NCBI GenBank assembly: GCA_043228905.1
Contig: JBHGNT010000005.1
Location: forward strand, 8,990,001-9,054,000
DNA from: Azolla caroliniana
Taxonomy: Eukaryota; Plantae; Polypodiophyta
DNA: 64,000 nt
Direction of reading: 5' to 3'
Made by a program: the position numbers and the translations under genes. The notes under the pieces were generated by a model. The model was not told the origin of the DNA and did no database searches. It saw only the letters and a program-made list of their open reading frames with translations. This document shows, piece by piece, positions 52,888 to 64,000 of this stretch; positions within the stretch are counted from its first letter, which is position 1; every line of letters begins with the position of its first letter.

Positions 52888-53160
52888 TTATTTAGCATTA
52901 TGTTAGGCTTATCCTATGATACCATTGTTGCAATTGACATATTCCTATTGTTTTTTTAAAAAACTAAAGAGATGCATTATTTTGGCCTCATTCAAGTATG
53001 GCATTGTTGCAATTGACATTCATATATATATTTTTTAAAACTAAAGAGATGCATGTTTGAGAAGAAGTTTGAATAATTAATTTAGCATTATCTTAGGCTC
53101 ATCCTTCAATGGCACGGTTGCAATTCGTATATTCCTATTGTTTTAAAAAAAACTAAAGTT
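52888..53160. repeat. Three degenerate 80-110 bp units downstream of the PPR gene
   Basis: GTTGCAATT…TTTTAAAA(A)CTAAAG recurs three times. Confidence 0.65.
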
Positions 53161-53509
53161 ATGCTAGCATGACAATGAATCATAAAAATACAGAATTAAG
53201 TATAAGCTATAGAACAAACCAAGATTAAAAACTTGATCTCTTTGACCAATTATGTATTGTCATACGATAGATATCATTATTATGGTTATTGGAATCTATG
53301 CCATAAAAAAAGCATCAAGTGATTTCCTTCCTATATTAACCATATTTGTTTAGACATTAAATTCTTTAATCTACCATCAAGCTATTTTAGTGTGGTGAAG
53401 TGTATAATCACAGAGCTACCTTTTCGATTTTCTCCTATGATTAAATACTCCTTTACATTTGGAAGTATATATGCCTATACTATCTATTGCATGTATTATA
53501 GACATCAGG

Positions 53510-55570
53510 CTATATACCCGAAGAGATTGTCGCAATTGCATAGATATTAAATATTGATATGAATGAGCCAAAATGTGTTTCATCAAGAGTCCTAGCAAAA
53601 TTATATGCTCGACTAGCTATCTCTACATTACCCCACTTGTGACATGCACCAAGAACGGTACTCCACAAAGGAAGGTCAGGTTGAAAAGGCATATTTTGAG
53701 ACACTATTATCGCATCATCTAATTGGCCGCATCGACCCAAAAGATCGACAATACACCCATAGTGCTTTAGGGATGGGAAGAAATTGTACATTCCTCTCAT
53801 GATCTCAAAGACAGTGTAAGCATACTCTACATGCCCTGAAAAGCTGCATATGGTGAGAATACAAAGAAAGGTTATGGCATCGGGTTGTATTGATTCTCTC
53901 ATCATTCTCTCCAACAAGTAAAATACTGTCTCACTATTACCCTGGTGGGTATATCCTGTCATTATTGCATTCCAGGTCACAAGATGTCTATGAGGCGACA
54001 CATCAAATATCCACTGAGCTTCACCTATCATACTACACTTGGTATACATATCAATCAATGAAGTTTCGAGAGATGTTTTTGAGTTTCTATTATGAATAGC
54101 AGTACATTTGTCTTCACAACCTTTCTTCAAAATCTCTGAATGTATCGCTTGTCCTCCTTCCAAAGAACCAACAATGCAACAAGCTTTCAAGGCACAAAAA
54201 AATGTTACTTCATTGGGTGGCACACTATCAGCCACCATAGATCCCAAACACTTTAATGTCTCTTCGCCAAGTTGGTGTTCTACATACCAAGACATAAACG
54301 TGTTCCATGAAACTACATCACGAGCAGGAAGATCAGTAAATATGTGAAGGGCTTCTTCGAGAAGGTCATGTTTGATATACATGTCTATAAGAGAGTTCCC
54401 TACAAACAAATCACTCTCAAAACCCCCTTTCACAATCTCTACATAGATCTCTTGACCTTTTCCTAAACCAGCTTTTACATTGCCACAAGCTTTCAAAACA
54501 ATGTTAAATGTTGTCGTATCTGGTGAGGCACCATTCATATGCATTTTCTCGAAGCATCGTAGACCTTCATTTTCTTCATTATTTTCAACATATCCACCCA
54601 TCAATGCATTCCATAAGGCAACATCACAGTCTGATACCTTACTAAAAACATACTGTGCTTCTGAAAGCAAGCAGAACTTTGTGTACAAATCTATCAATGC
54701 ACTACCAACAAAAGGATGTATTTCGAAGCTCTTTTTAGTGGCCTCGATATGGATTCCTTGGAATATGCTAATAGGCAGAACATTATCATGATTACAAGAT
54801 TTCAAAGTAGGGAATACTGATCCAAAATTGGAATGACAAGCTTTCAAAATAGCTACAAGTGTAAAAGCATTAGGAGAAACACCATCTTCAATCATGTTAT
54901 CAACACAACACAATGCTTTTGAAGCATCACCAAATTCTGCATAGCCAATAATTAACACTGTCCAAGTGACAACATCTCGAATGTGAAGTTTATCAAACAC
55001 GGTTTGTGCTTCAAAGAGAAGACCACATTTGGAATACATATGCACAAGAGAGCTAGCAAGGAAAGAATCTTCCTCAATGTTGTTACTCACGACTTCATGA
55101 TGTATAAATAACCCTCCCATCATGAATAGGCTTTGACGACAAGCTCTTAACAAAGCAAGCAATGTGCATTTGCTAGGAAGGACATCATCTTTCTTCATAT
55201 GTTCATACATTTTAAAGGTTTCATGTACATCAAAGAAATCCACATACCATGATTCAATGACAGAAGTCCACGCATATTCATTGCGGCGGGGAGTCTTATG
55301 AAAGATCTGTATGGCTTCAAGAAAGAATCCATTATCGAAAAAGATTGGAACAAGGTAATTGCAGAGATCAGAGTGGCCATCTAATCCTAGCTCACATATG
55401 GAGAGATGGACATATCGTAGGTGAGCTAAAAACCTCTGCGTATTCTTCTCTTTGCTCCTCTTCTGTCTGAGTTCCTGCAATATGTGAAGGAGATCATCCA
55501 CAGAAGGAAGAGTGGCGTCGCGGAGACACGCAGAAGGCACTATTTCTCTGCATCGGCTCGCGACAACCAT
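53510..55570 (-). CDS. Intronless PLS-class pentatricopeptide repeat protein with E-type C-terminus and no DYW domain, 686 aa
   Basis: Repeated LVHMYSKCG…RDVVTWT…PNAFT units; HYGCIVDLLGRCGQL and MPFQPD..LWSTVLGAC. Confidence 0.92.
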   Translation of the reverse strand: MVVASRCREIVPSACLRDATLPSVDDLLHILQELRQKRSKEKNTQRFLAHLRYVHLSICELGLDGHSDLCNYLVPIFFDNGFFLEAIQIFHKTPRRNEYAWTSVIESWYVDFFDVHETFKMYEHMKKDDVLPSKCTLLALLRACRQSLFMMGGLFIHHEVVSNNIEEDSFLASSLVHMYSKCGLLFEAQTVFDKLHIRDVVTWTVLIIGYAEFGDASKALCCVDNMIEDGVSPNAFTLVAILKACHSNFGSVFPTLKSCNHDNVLPISIFQGIHIEATKKSFEIHPFVGSALIDLYTKFCLLSEAQYVFSKVSDCDVALWNALMGGYVENNEENEGLRCFEKMHMNGASPDTTTFNIVLKACGNVKAGLGKGQEIYVEIVKGGFESDLFVGNSLIDMYIKHDLLEEALHIFTDLPARDVVSWNTFMSWYVEHQLGEETLKCLGSMVADSVPPNEVTFFCALKACCIVGSLEGGQAIHSEILKKGCEDKCTAIHNRNSKTSLETSLIDMYTKCSMIGEAQWIFDVSPHRHLVTWNAIMTGYTHQGNSETVFYLLERMMRESIQPDAITFLCILTICSFSGHVEYAYTVFEIMRGMYNFFPSLKHYGCIVDLLGRCGQLDDAIIVSQNMPFQPDLPLWSTVLGACHKWGNVEIASRAYNFARTLDETHFGSFISIFNIYAIATISSGI

Positions 55571-56053
55571 GATTCCTCCGGATCAGGGGAGGCTTATTTT
55601 ATGAAGCTACACAAAGGAAGGTCTCTATTTCTCTGTAATTTACATATATGCCCAAGTTTTGGTTTATACCAAGATAAGAGAAGTCCAACTTAACAACGAA
55701 CCGAACCGAACCGAACCGTTTAAACCTGTTGAGAATCGGATGGATTCTGTGCAGCGGAGGAACTGTGTGTGTGTACAGAGAGAGAAAGAAAGAAAAATAT
55801 ATTAACATCTTCTAAGGCCAAAATTGGCCCATGAGACAAATGGTTTACAACAAAAAATGGGATATTTACCCATTCATCGAAAGTAAAAAATAAGAATAAA
55901 TAAAAATAGAGTTTTAAGCTAAATAGTTCTAGTAAAATAAAATAACAAACATGTTCTACAATGAAAAATGATGTTATACTAGGTCTAATTTCATTTCCAT
56001 CCAAGTCTCTCGAAGAGAAACGAGAGGTCAAAGGGTTTCGATGTGGATGTGGC

Positions 56054-59000
56054 CTATGGCCCCAATGTAAAAGGTACCCCAACCATAGCTTCTAGTCGAC
56101 GTAGCTCACGTTCCCTTATCTTCTTAATCCTTTCTACTCCATGTCGACTTGTTTTGAAGCCTAACATCCGAGGGCGTTTGGTTGTTCTTTGCGTTTCGGC
56201 TTCCTCAAGAGAGAGGCCGAGCGGCGTAAGTGTATCCACATTCATCGTCTCCCCTTGTTCTTGAAAAATTACACTAGTTACAAGTTGATGAATAGTAAAA
56301 GGGTTATGGTTAACACTTTGTAATTTATTTTCCCTATGTTGTTTTAGCTCTAAGATATACCTACTTAATCTCTTTACATTCGGGGTATTTAATAGTTTGG
56401 AGAGGGTGGGAGAGGGTCCTAATATGTCTTGGTATTCTACTCGTATCTCAGCATAAGTTGGGCACTTGCATGTGAAGTGATACTCATCCTCTATCTCTAT
56501 GAGGCACAACCTACATAGCCTTTCCTCCCTAGGGACTCTATTAGCCTGACCATTCTCAATCTCAAGTTGGTGAGATGATATCCTAAGTTGTCTAATGGCA
56601 ACCCTTAGTGCATTTGATAAGAATGTATCTAGATATCTTGGTCGTGTAATAAAACTTAACTGAGAGAAGTGCAAGAAGTGTTCCTTATAGTACAACATTT
56701 TAGATGGGAGTGGCTCTCGTGGGGTGATCCATTTTTATTGAGTGTAAATCTGCGATATTTCTTGGCGTATCACTTTATTACGGTCTTCATGAGATATTAA
56801 AGTTTGGTCAGTCCCATGGTTGTACTTAAGGGGGGGTAGGTTATTAATGTCTATGCTGTTTGCAAGTAACCGACTCACCACAGTGCTATACCAAGAGCCA
56901 GTGTCTCCAGACGCATGTAGGGATCGAGATGCCTCAAAGGCTCGACAGGATATCCTATCTTGTGGTTGGCTATGTATCCAATAAATAAAAACTACCACTT
57001 GAAATAATGCTTCTACTAACATCGGGGGCAGACTGAACTCTGCTCTAATAATGTCATGTGCTATTGTCAATTTGCTTCGAAGTTGACGTGATAACATCGT
57101 CACCAAAGGTCACTCTAATTGCATCCACATGAAAGATGGTAGACCTAGAGCCCATACTATTGATGCATACATGAGGGAAGGGGTCACTAATGAGTTGAAG
57201 AGCCATCCCTTAGTCCGTGGCTCTTGAAAGTATGCTTGGTGGCATTGTCTCTCTAAGAGTGAGAGGGATGCATACCCTCTCGTTAGCCTATCTTTGGCTG
57301 CCTGGGTCATTGAGAATTTACCTGAGCGAGCACTAAAAGTGACGCCCAAGTATACATATGATCCAACTACCTCAACTAGTTTATGAGAGAAGATTAGGTG
57401 ACATTTACTCCTAACTCAGGATGATGTATGAAAGATAAGGACTTTAGTTTTCGCTAGATTCACTACGAGTCCTCGTTGTGTACAAAAGTCATCTAGGGCA
57501 TTAAGATGCTTTTGTAGGTCGTGTTCTGACTCCGAGAGCAAGACAATGTTGTCTGCGTAGAGTAAGAGACTAACTTGTGTATCCCCAATAGCTACTCCCT
57601 AGCCTCCCTTATGAGCAATAAAATCAATGATCTCATCAATGTAGATCCCAAAAAGAGTCGGTGATAGGGGGCACCCCTGTTTTACACCAATGGTGCTAGT
57701 GAAACAATCAAATAGGCCACCTGGGCATCTTACACACCTAGAGACTTGCTCATATAGGGCATAAATGGCCCAGATCATGTCATTTGGTATCTCCAAGCTC
57801 TTAAATCTATCAAAAAACTTCTCCCTAGGAACTGTGTCAAAGGCTTTGCGGAAGTCCAAAAAGCAACAATATAGTTTCTTCTTACGAGCCTTCGTCTGGT
57901 CAATTAAGCACTGAAGTGTGAAGATATGGTCAATAGTGGAGAAGGCTCATCTAAAGCCAACCTGCTCAGGTGCTTGAAGACTTATTGTTTCCATATAATC
58001 GCTAAGCTCCGCTTCCATTACCGCACCATATAGTTTAGCGAGCGTATGGCCTATCATAATGGTCCTATATGTATTTGGGTCCATTGGGTCCCCTCCTTTA
58101 TGTATAGGGGCCATTGTGTTCATGGTCCATTGTGGTGGAAAACCCTCGGCAAGGGCGCGGTTGAATATTAGAGCGAGAAAGGGGGCTAGGCACTCTTGAG
58201 CATTTATGATGTGCTCAGCTCGCAATCCTGTGTGGTCCATGGATTTCCTATGTTGTAAATTTTTTATGACCTTTGTGACCCTAGAGGTCGTGAAAAGTGT
58301 CCCCATGTTAGGTCGGGATGTGGAAGGCATTGGGATGGGTAGTTGGTTCGGGACATGGTAGAGTCTCTCGATATATGTGTGCCAAATATTGGGATCCTTG
58401 ATGGGTGTTTGTGGTCGCGGTTCCCGTAGTCTCTTCCATGCAATGGCACAATCCCTACTCATGAGCATATGATAGAGTTCCCAATATTGGGATGCGTCCC
58501 AAGCTCATCTTTTACGACGTGTCATCTTGTGCATCTCTTTTCGAGCCTGTATTGAGGAAATAGTACCACTAAGTCGCAACACTTTAAGTTGTCTATACAA
58601 GTCTTTAGAATCCTCGTCATACCACTTGTTCTATGGCATAGACCCTATTCTACTATGATTGGAGTGTTTTGTGTATGGGAAGCTACTAATTGCTGCTGAG
58701 TGAAGGGTGTGCGAGTTCTGTAGTGAGGTTCTCTAAAGGCAAGGAAGAATCAAAAGAGGAGAGATGGGCTTGAACATGTTGAGAATAGATGTCAACGAGC
58801 TCATGCGTGAAATGTATTATGGTGTGATGGTTTGGTTGACTAGAGTTGGTGGCGTGGGAGGTGTCACATTTTAGCTCAAAGTATAGGAAGCTATGGTCTG
58901 CACCAATGGGGCATGGGGCCACCCAGAAGGAGTTAACCATGTGGGTAGCTTTAGGACGTCCAATTAGGTAATCAACTGTGCTTTCCCCTCCTCCATGTGG

Positions 59001-59735
59001 GAAACATGTGAGCGCTTCCGAGCCCGGCCACTTAGCTAAGCCATTATATATGATCATCTGGTGTCGGCTTCCAAGTTCAAGCAGATGATGGCCAAAGCTT
59101 GTGGCGTCCGTACCTTGATCCTTTGATGTACGTGTTATGTCTAAGTCTAAAGGATCGACATTCACCATTTCAAGGGTTTCTATCCATCTAAAATATTGTG
59201 CATTGTCGGGATTGGGTTCTCGCATTGAAATCTCCGACAAGGAAGACTTCCCCTTGAGAGAAGAATATCGGATTATGTCATCCGATAAAGGTTCGTATGG
59301 AGAAGGCCCATGCGGCGTTCCTTCATCAATTATACTCGCCTCTCCAACCATATTATATTGGGATCCTTTCGGGGGGAAGTAACACACGACGATAAATATC
59401 GCCTAATCCTTGTTAGTGAGGACTTTCACCCACATAAAATGGCCTTCTAGGTCTTTCTTTAGTATTTCTATCCTATTTTGTATCTCTCTCCGAAATAGTA
59501 TTGCAACCCCTCCAGACCCTCTAGTAGTATGTCGATGTGAGGTTTGTCTAAAGACAGATTCCCAACGAAAACCATCAACTCGTGGCAGTCCTCGATTCGG
59601 GCTCTGATGTGTTTCTACTAAAAAAAGTATGTTAGATACCTTCAAAATCTCCTCTAGACGGCCAGGGTGTGTCCAAAGTGCACCGTTACAGTTCCATAAA
59701 GTCATCCTAAGTTTATTGTCTATGACATGGACCAC
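56054..59735 (-). pseudogene. LINE ORF2: endonuclease, reverse transcriptase and C-terminal zinc finger, with stops and frameshifts
   Basis: WNCNG, ETH, GSGGVAIL, VDYLI, ADH; DFRKAFDTV, GVKQGCPLSPTLF, LYADN; RLCRLC…EDEYHFTCKC. Confidence 0.92.
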
Positions 59736-59741
59736 ACGCCG

Positions 59742-60535
59742 TCAATTGGCGGCGTGATCATTTATTATCACACGTCCGTCTCGGTAAATAGCACGATGCC
59801 CCTCTTTACGACCTTGTATGACTTGTGGCATACAAGTTTTACGATGCTCAATTTGCATCTTGGTCAGGTCTTCATCGAGGTAGATAGGGTCCCCGCCCAA
59901 TCCTCGAAGAATTGGTCTCTTTTTAAAAAATGCGATTCTAGATTCTGAGTCCTTAAACTGAAGGGCCAACGCTCTTTTCCTAGTGGTGTCATGTCCTACC
60001 CTCCAAGTTTTAGTGATTGATAGGGCTTCGTACCCCAACATTTTCCCTAATGTTTGTGCATCTTCGTCAGGAGATGCCCCTTCCTTGAGCCTAGTAACTT
60101 GTACATTTAGGCGTCGATCTTGACGCATTTTTTCCTCCTCAAGGGTAGTGTTTACAATATTTTCATTCTTTAGTTCCTTTTTAATATTACGTTTTACTAC
60201 ATCAACCCACCTAGTTTTTGCTAATTCCATATCGCTTTTAACCTCTTCCTTAACCTTTTTGATCTCGTCCTTAATATCCTCTAGGGAAGATATTTCACCA
60301 TCTTCCCTAGATGTCTCAAGGTCCTTAACTTGTTTCTGAAGGTTCGTGTTGTCTACTTTAAGATTCGTTATTTCACCAATAAGCACTTCTTTTTCTTCCT
60401 TATCTTTTTGTTTTTCAGCTTCAATCTCTTTCTCCCATTTTTCTATTTTAACTAAACGGTTAAGGACATCTAAAAATTCTTTCTTACTTATAATTTCTTC
60501 GTTTGTTTCCTTATGGTTTCGTTTAGAAGTCATGT
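59742..60535 (-). CDS. LINE ORF1 (coiled coil plus putative RNA-binding region), open
   Basis: K/E-rich heptads, RRLNV, IYLDEDLTKMQ…AIYRDGRVII, immediately upstream of ORF2. Confidence 0.8.
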
Positions 60536-60813
60536 TGTAAATCAAAAGATAAAAGAAAGAAAAGACAGAGGACAGAAAAAACTTAGCCGAGCATCGATGC
60601 CTTGCGCGCTAGGTTTGAGTGTAGAAGGACATGTATGCTGTCTCATATTCAATCGATTACATCGTTAGAAGCATAGGTGATAACGGACAACGACGACAAC
60701 GGCAATGACGACGACCAAGAACTGACAACAACGGTGACAACGACGGTGGCAGACGAAAAACAACGACGGTGACGACGGCAGCAGATGGCGACAACAATGG
60801 TAGAAAGAGCCGT

Positions 60814-60885
<72 letters not shown>

Positions 60886-61333
60886 CAAAAAAAATAGAAA
60901 AACTGTATTACAAGGAAACAAGAAATGACCAACATTACAAAGAGAAGGAGAAGGTGCTTATGTAGTCACCTTCTCTCTAAGTTCTCTCACTAGTACTGCC
61001 TCTTGGGAAAGGGGTTGTATCTTAACTACTTAAAGAATATGTGTCATTGAACATTAACTTCTATGACACACTAGTTACTATCCAAGGAGGTGGGATGTTC
61101 ACACACTTGAGTATCCTAGAGTGTGTTCCCACATACGGGAAGTTGAGTTTGGTTCTCAACACGCCCCTTCAACACAACTTCCGGTCGTTGGATGGTTGGT
61201 TCGGATTGGTCTAGTCTTCGAGTCGGCTTTGAGTCTACTCCGGCTTTGGCTTCGAATGGTTGGTTCACTCCTGCTCTGTACTCCCCCTCAAGCTCGACTA
61301 GTTGACGGTCGAAAGACCTAGGTTTGTTGTGAA

Positions 61334-63838
61334 CTACCGCAACTTGTCGACTCCCAGGGCCTTGGTGAAGATGTCGGTTGTCTGTAGGTTTGTGTTGATG
61401 TGTTGCAGATCAACATCTTCGGCCAGAACACGCTCTCGGATGAAGTGATAGTGCACTTCGATGTGCTTAGTCCAAGCATGGAATACTGGTTTCTGAGTGA
61501 GGTGAATACTGCTCATGTTGTCGCAGTAGAGGAGAATCGGATCCTTGATGGGAACACCCTGATCCTTTAATAGTCTCTTGAGCCAAATTGCTTCACATGT
61601 GGCGATGGCCGTGCCCCTGTATTCGGCTCGGTGCTCGACAGTGTGACTGTCGGCCACTTTTTGCTGCTCCAGGAGATGGCTCCACTGTAGAGGGAGAAGA
61701 CGAATACTTAGGTTGGTCGTCTGTCGGCTTTGTAGCCAGCCCAGTCACCATTTGTGTACCCTTCGAGTCGTATCGGTGTGGCTGATTTGTAGAGGAGGCC
61801 AAAATCCATGGTTCCATTCATATACCTTAGCACTCGCTTAGCATAGTCGAGATGGATGTCTCGCGGAGTTTGCATGAACTGGCTAAGGAGGCTAACCGGG
61901 TAACTCAGGTCGGGTCGGGTAATTGTGAGATAGATGAGGCTTCTGACTAGCTGATGATAGAGGGTCAACTCACACTCTCTTGTGCTTGATTCGGCATCTA
62001 GCTTTGGATTTCGATTGAGAGGGGTAGTGACGGGCTTATACTGTGTCATCCCAAACTTGTAGAGAAGATTGAGGATATTGTGCCTTTGAGAAAGCATGAT
62101 ATTGTTAGGAGTCTGAATTACTTCTATTCCTAAAAAGTAATGAAGCTCCTCCATGTCTTTCATTTCGAATCGGCGGGAGAGGAGCTTCTTGATGTGCTCA
62201 ATATCTGCTAAATGCTATCCTCCTATGACCAAGTCATTCACATAAATGATGATAAATACCTGTCCTCTAGAGTCACTCCGAATGAACAGAGAGTTGTCAG
62301 ACTTGGACATTCGAAAGTTGATTTGGTGAAGATATTGCGTTATCTTCGAATGTCATGCTCTCAGTGCCTGCTTGAGATCGTAGAGAGGCTTTTTGAGTCG
62401 GCAGACATCAGTTGGATGCGTAGTTGACCCGAATCTGGCCGGTTATATCATGTACACCTCCTCTTCTAACTCGCCTTGGAGGAAGGCGTTCTTCATGTCC
62501 ATTTGGTGGAGGTGCCACCCTTTTGTTGCTACAAGCGCTTTCACGGTTCGAATTGTAGTCATATTTGTCACCGGGGAAAAGGTCTCTTCATAATCGACAC
62601 CGTACGTCTGTGCATAGCCCTTTGCCACAAGCCGGGCCTTGTACCGATTGACAGTGCCGTCGGCGTTGTGCTTCACTTTGAAGATCCACTGACATCGAAT
62701 TGCCTTTTGGTGGTGTGAAGAAGGGATGAGATCCCATGTCTCGTTCTTGGAGAGTGATTGCATCTCCTCATTCATCACTTCGACCCATCTAGGGTCCTTC
62801 GCGGCTTCGGAAAAGGTTCTCGGTTCTCGGGCTGTCACCACCTTCATCATGAATGCATAATGATATACCATGTAGTCGTTGTAACCGAATCGGCAGACTA
62901 CGTTCTTCTCTAGGGTGGAGTGACGTGGCGCTCCTGGTGTCCTCATGAAGGGCACATTAGTCCACTATACTCATTGTCGTGTGAGTGAGTTGATTCATTT
63001 CCATCTGGGTCTTCGTACTCATGTATTTTGGCTTACCTTTGATATTCTTCATTGGACTTGGCCGTGACGTGCTTTGGTCGCTTGGAGGCTCTTGTGGTCC
63101 ACTCAACCTGGTTGAGATTGGACTTTCCTCTGATGTGGGCTTCAATCGATCATCCTCCCCCGCATTTGTGTTGAACTCGGTTTCGACTATGTTGGATGGG
63201 GCTGATTTGATTGTATACCAGGATGCCAACTCGTCGAATACGACATCCCTACTTACTCGTACCTTCTTGGTGGAAGGGTTAAAACACTTATACCCTTTTT
63301 GCTTGAGTGAGTACCCTACGAGTATACATTTCCCCGACTTGGGATCAAGCTTCTATCGCTTCTCGTCGGGAATATGTACATATGCTATTGAACCGAATAT
63401 CCTGATGTGGGATAGATCTGGTTTCTTCCCATAGAACTTTTCGTGGGGGGTAATATCGTGCACTCCTGATGTTGTGCAACGGTTCATTAGATAGATGGTC
63501 ATGTTCGCCTCTTTAGCCCGATATGATTTTGGCAGATATTTTTCTTTCATTATTGCCCTTGCCACCTCGAGTATGTGCTGATTCTTGCGTTCGGCTACTT
63601 CGTTCTGCTGAGGTGTGTGTTGGCAAGTAAACTCCCGCCAGATTCCTTCTTGTCGAAGGTATGCAGTAAAGGCATCAGAGAAGTACTCTTTGTCGTCGTC
63701 CGATCGAAGGCATCGTACATGATGATTGGTTGCCTTTTCGACTTCGTTCTTGAATTTCTAGAAGTGTGAGAACACTTCACTCTTTTGGCGCATGGGATAA
63801 ATCCAGGTATGTTTGGAGAAGTCATCGATGAATGTTAC
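61334..63838 (-). pseudogene. Copia J integrase, RT and RNase H remnants
   Basis: [46 protein letters not shown]. Confidence 0.93.
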
Positions 63839-64000
63839 TGTAAAGAAAGGAGGGTGATTGTATGCAGTGGTAGGACTATGTGTGTGTGTGTGTGTGTGAA
63901 CGCTTATGAGAAACGGAGAGAGAGAGAGAGTCTTAAGATGAGAAAACTATGTATTACATCCAACAATAACAAAGTTACAAAAGGTTGGTTTAAATACCAA
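63839..64000. mobile_element. Start of another LTR inserted in copia J integrase
   Basis: Integrase sequence breaks at TGTAAAG…; (TG)n/(AG)n layout resembles the J LTR. Confidence 0.7.

Larger units (their letters stand above)
55785..60816 (-). mobile_element. Full-length degenerate LINE (ORF1 plus APE endonuclease/RT ORF2), RTEX/L2-like by inference
   Basis: Two tandem ORFs, repeat-rich 5' UTR, (CTTT)/(CT) tail instead of poly(A), (GA)n on both flanks. Confidence 0.88.
55727..64000 (-). mobile_element. Element J: degenerate Ty1/copia running off the right edge; 3' LTR (55727-55785 plus 60817-61161) split by a LINE
   Basis: TGTTGAGAA at 55727 and TTCTCAACA at 61153-61161 form a 9-bp TIR; purine tract adjacent at 61162-61172; pol remnants at 61334-63838. 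Confidence 0.82.

Overview
Eukaryotic land-plant genomic DNA. A fern or other seed-free plant is plausible from the element types and the PPR gene, but this is inference. 1-39.2 kb is a nest of transposons. An Athila-like Ty3/gypsy (A) holds a chromovirus (B, 1347-23895, TSD GGTAT), which holds a Ty1/copia (C, 5173-21191, TSD CTAGC), which holds a second Athila-like gypsy (D, 6331-16765). A is then fused end-to-end to an inverted relative (E) sitting in another copia (F), next to a decayed MULE transposase; two TSD-flanked solo LTRs also lie in this nest. 39.5-55.6 kb is a gene island with RLP24 (+, 4 exons), a TLP8-like Tubby gene (-, 9 coding exons) and an intronless PLS-type PPR gene (-). 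55.7-64 kb holds a full-length LINE inserted in the (GA)n tract of a copia LTR. Most unusual observations: (1) element D has a pyrimidine-interrupted PPT, a terminal repeat extended 316 bp to an upstream purine tract, and no TSD; (2) elements A and D carry a conserved ~1000-codon extra ORF behind a candidate internal promoter; (3) element B has an internal inversion joined to a fragment of its own LTR; (4) B's leader has a hairpin repeat-spacer array; (5) the LINE appears to target (CT/GA)n tracts. All coordinates were read by eye.
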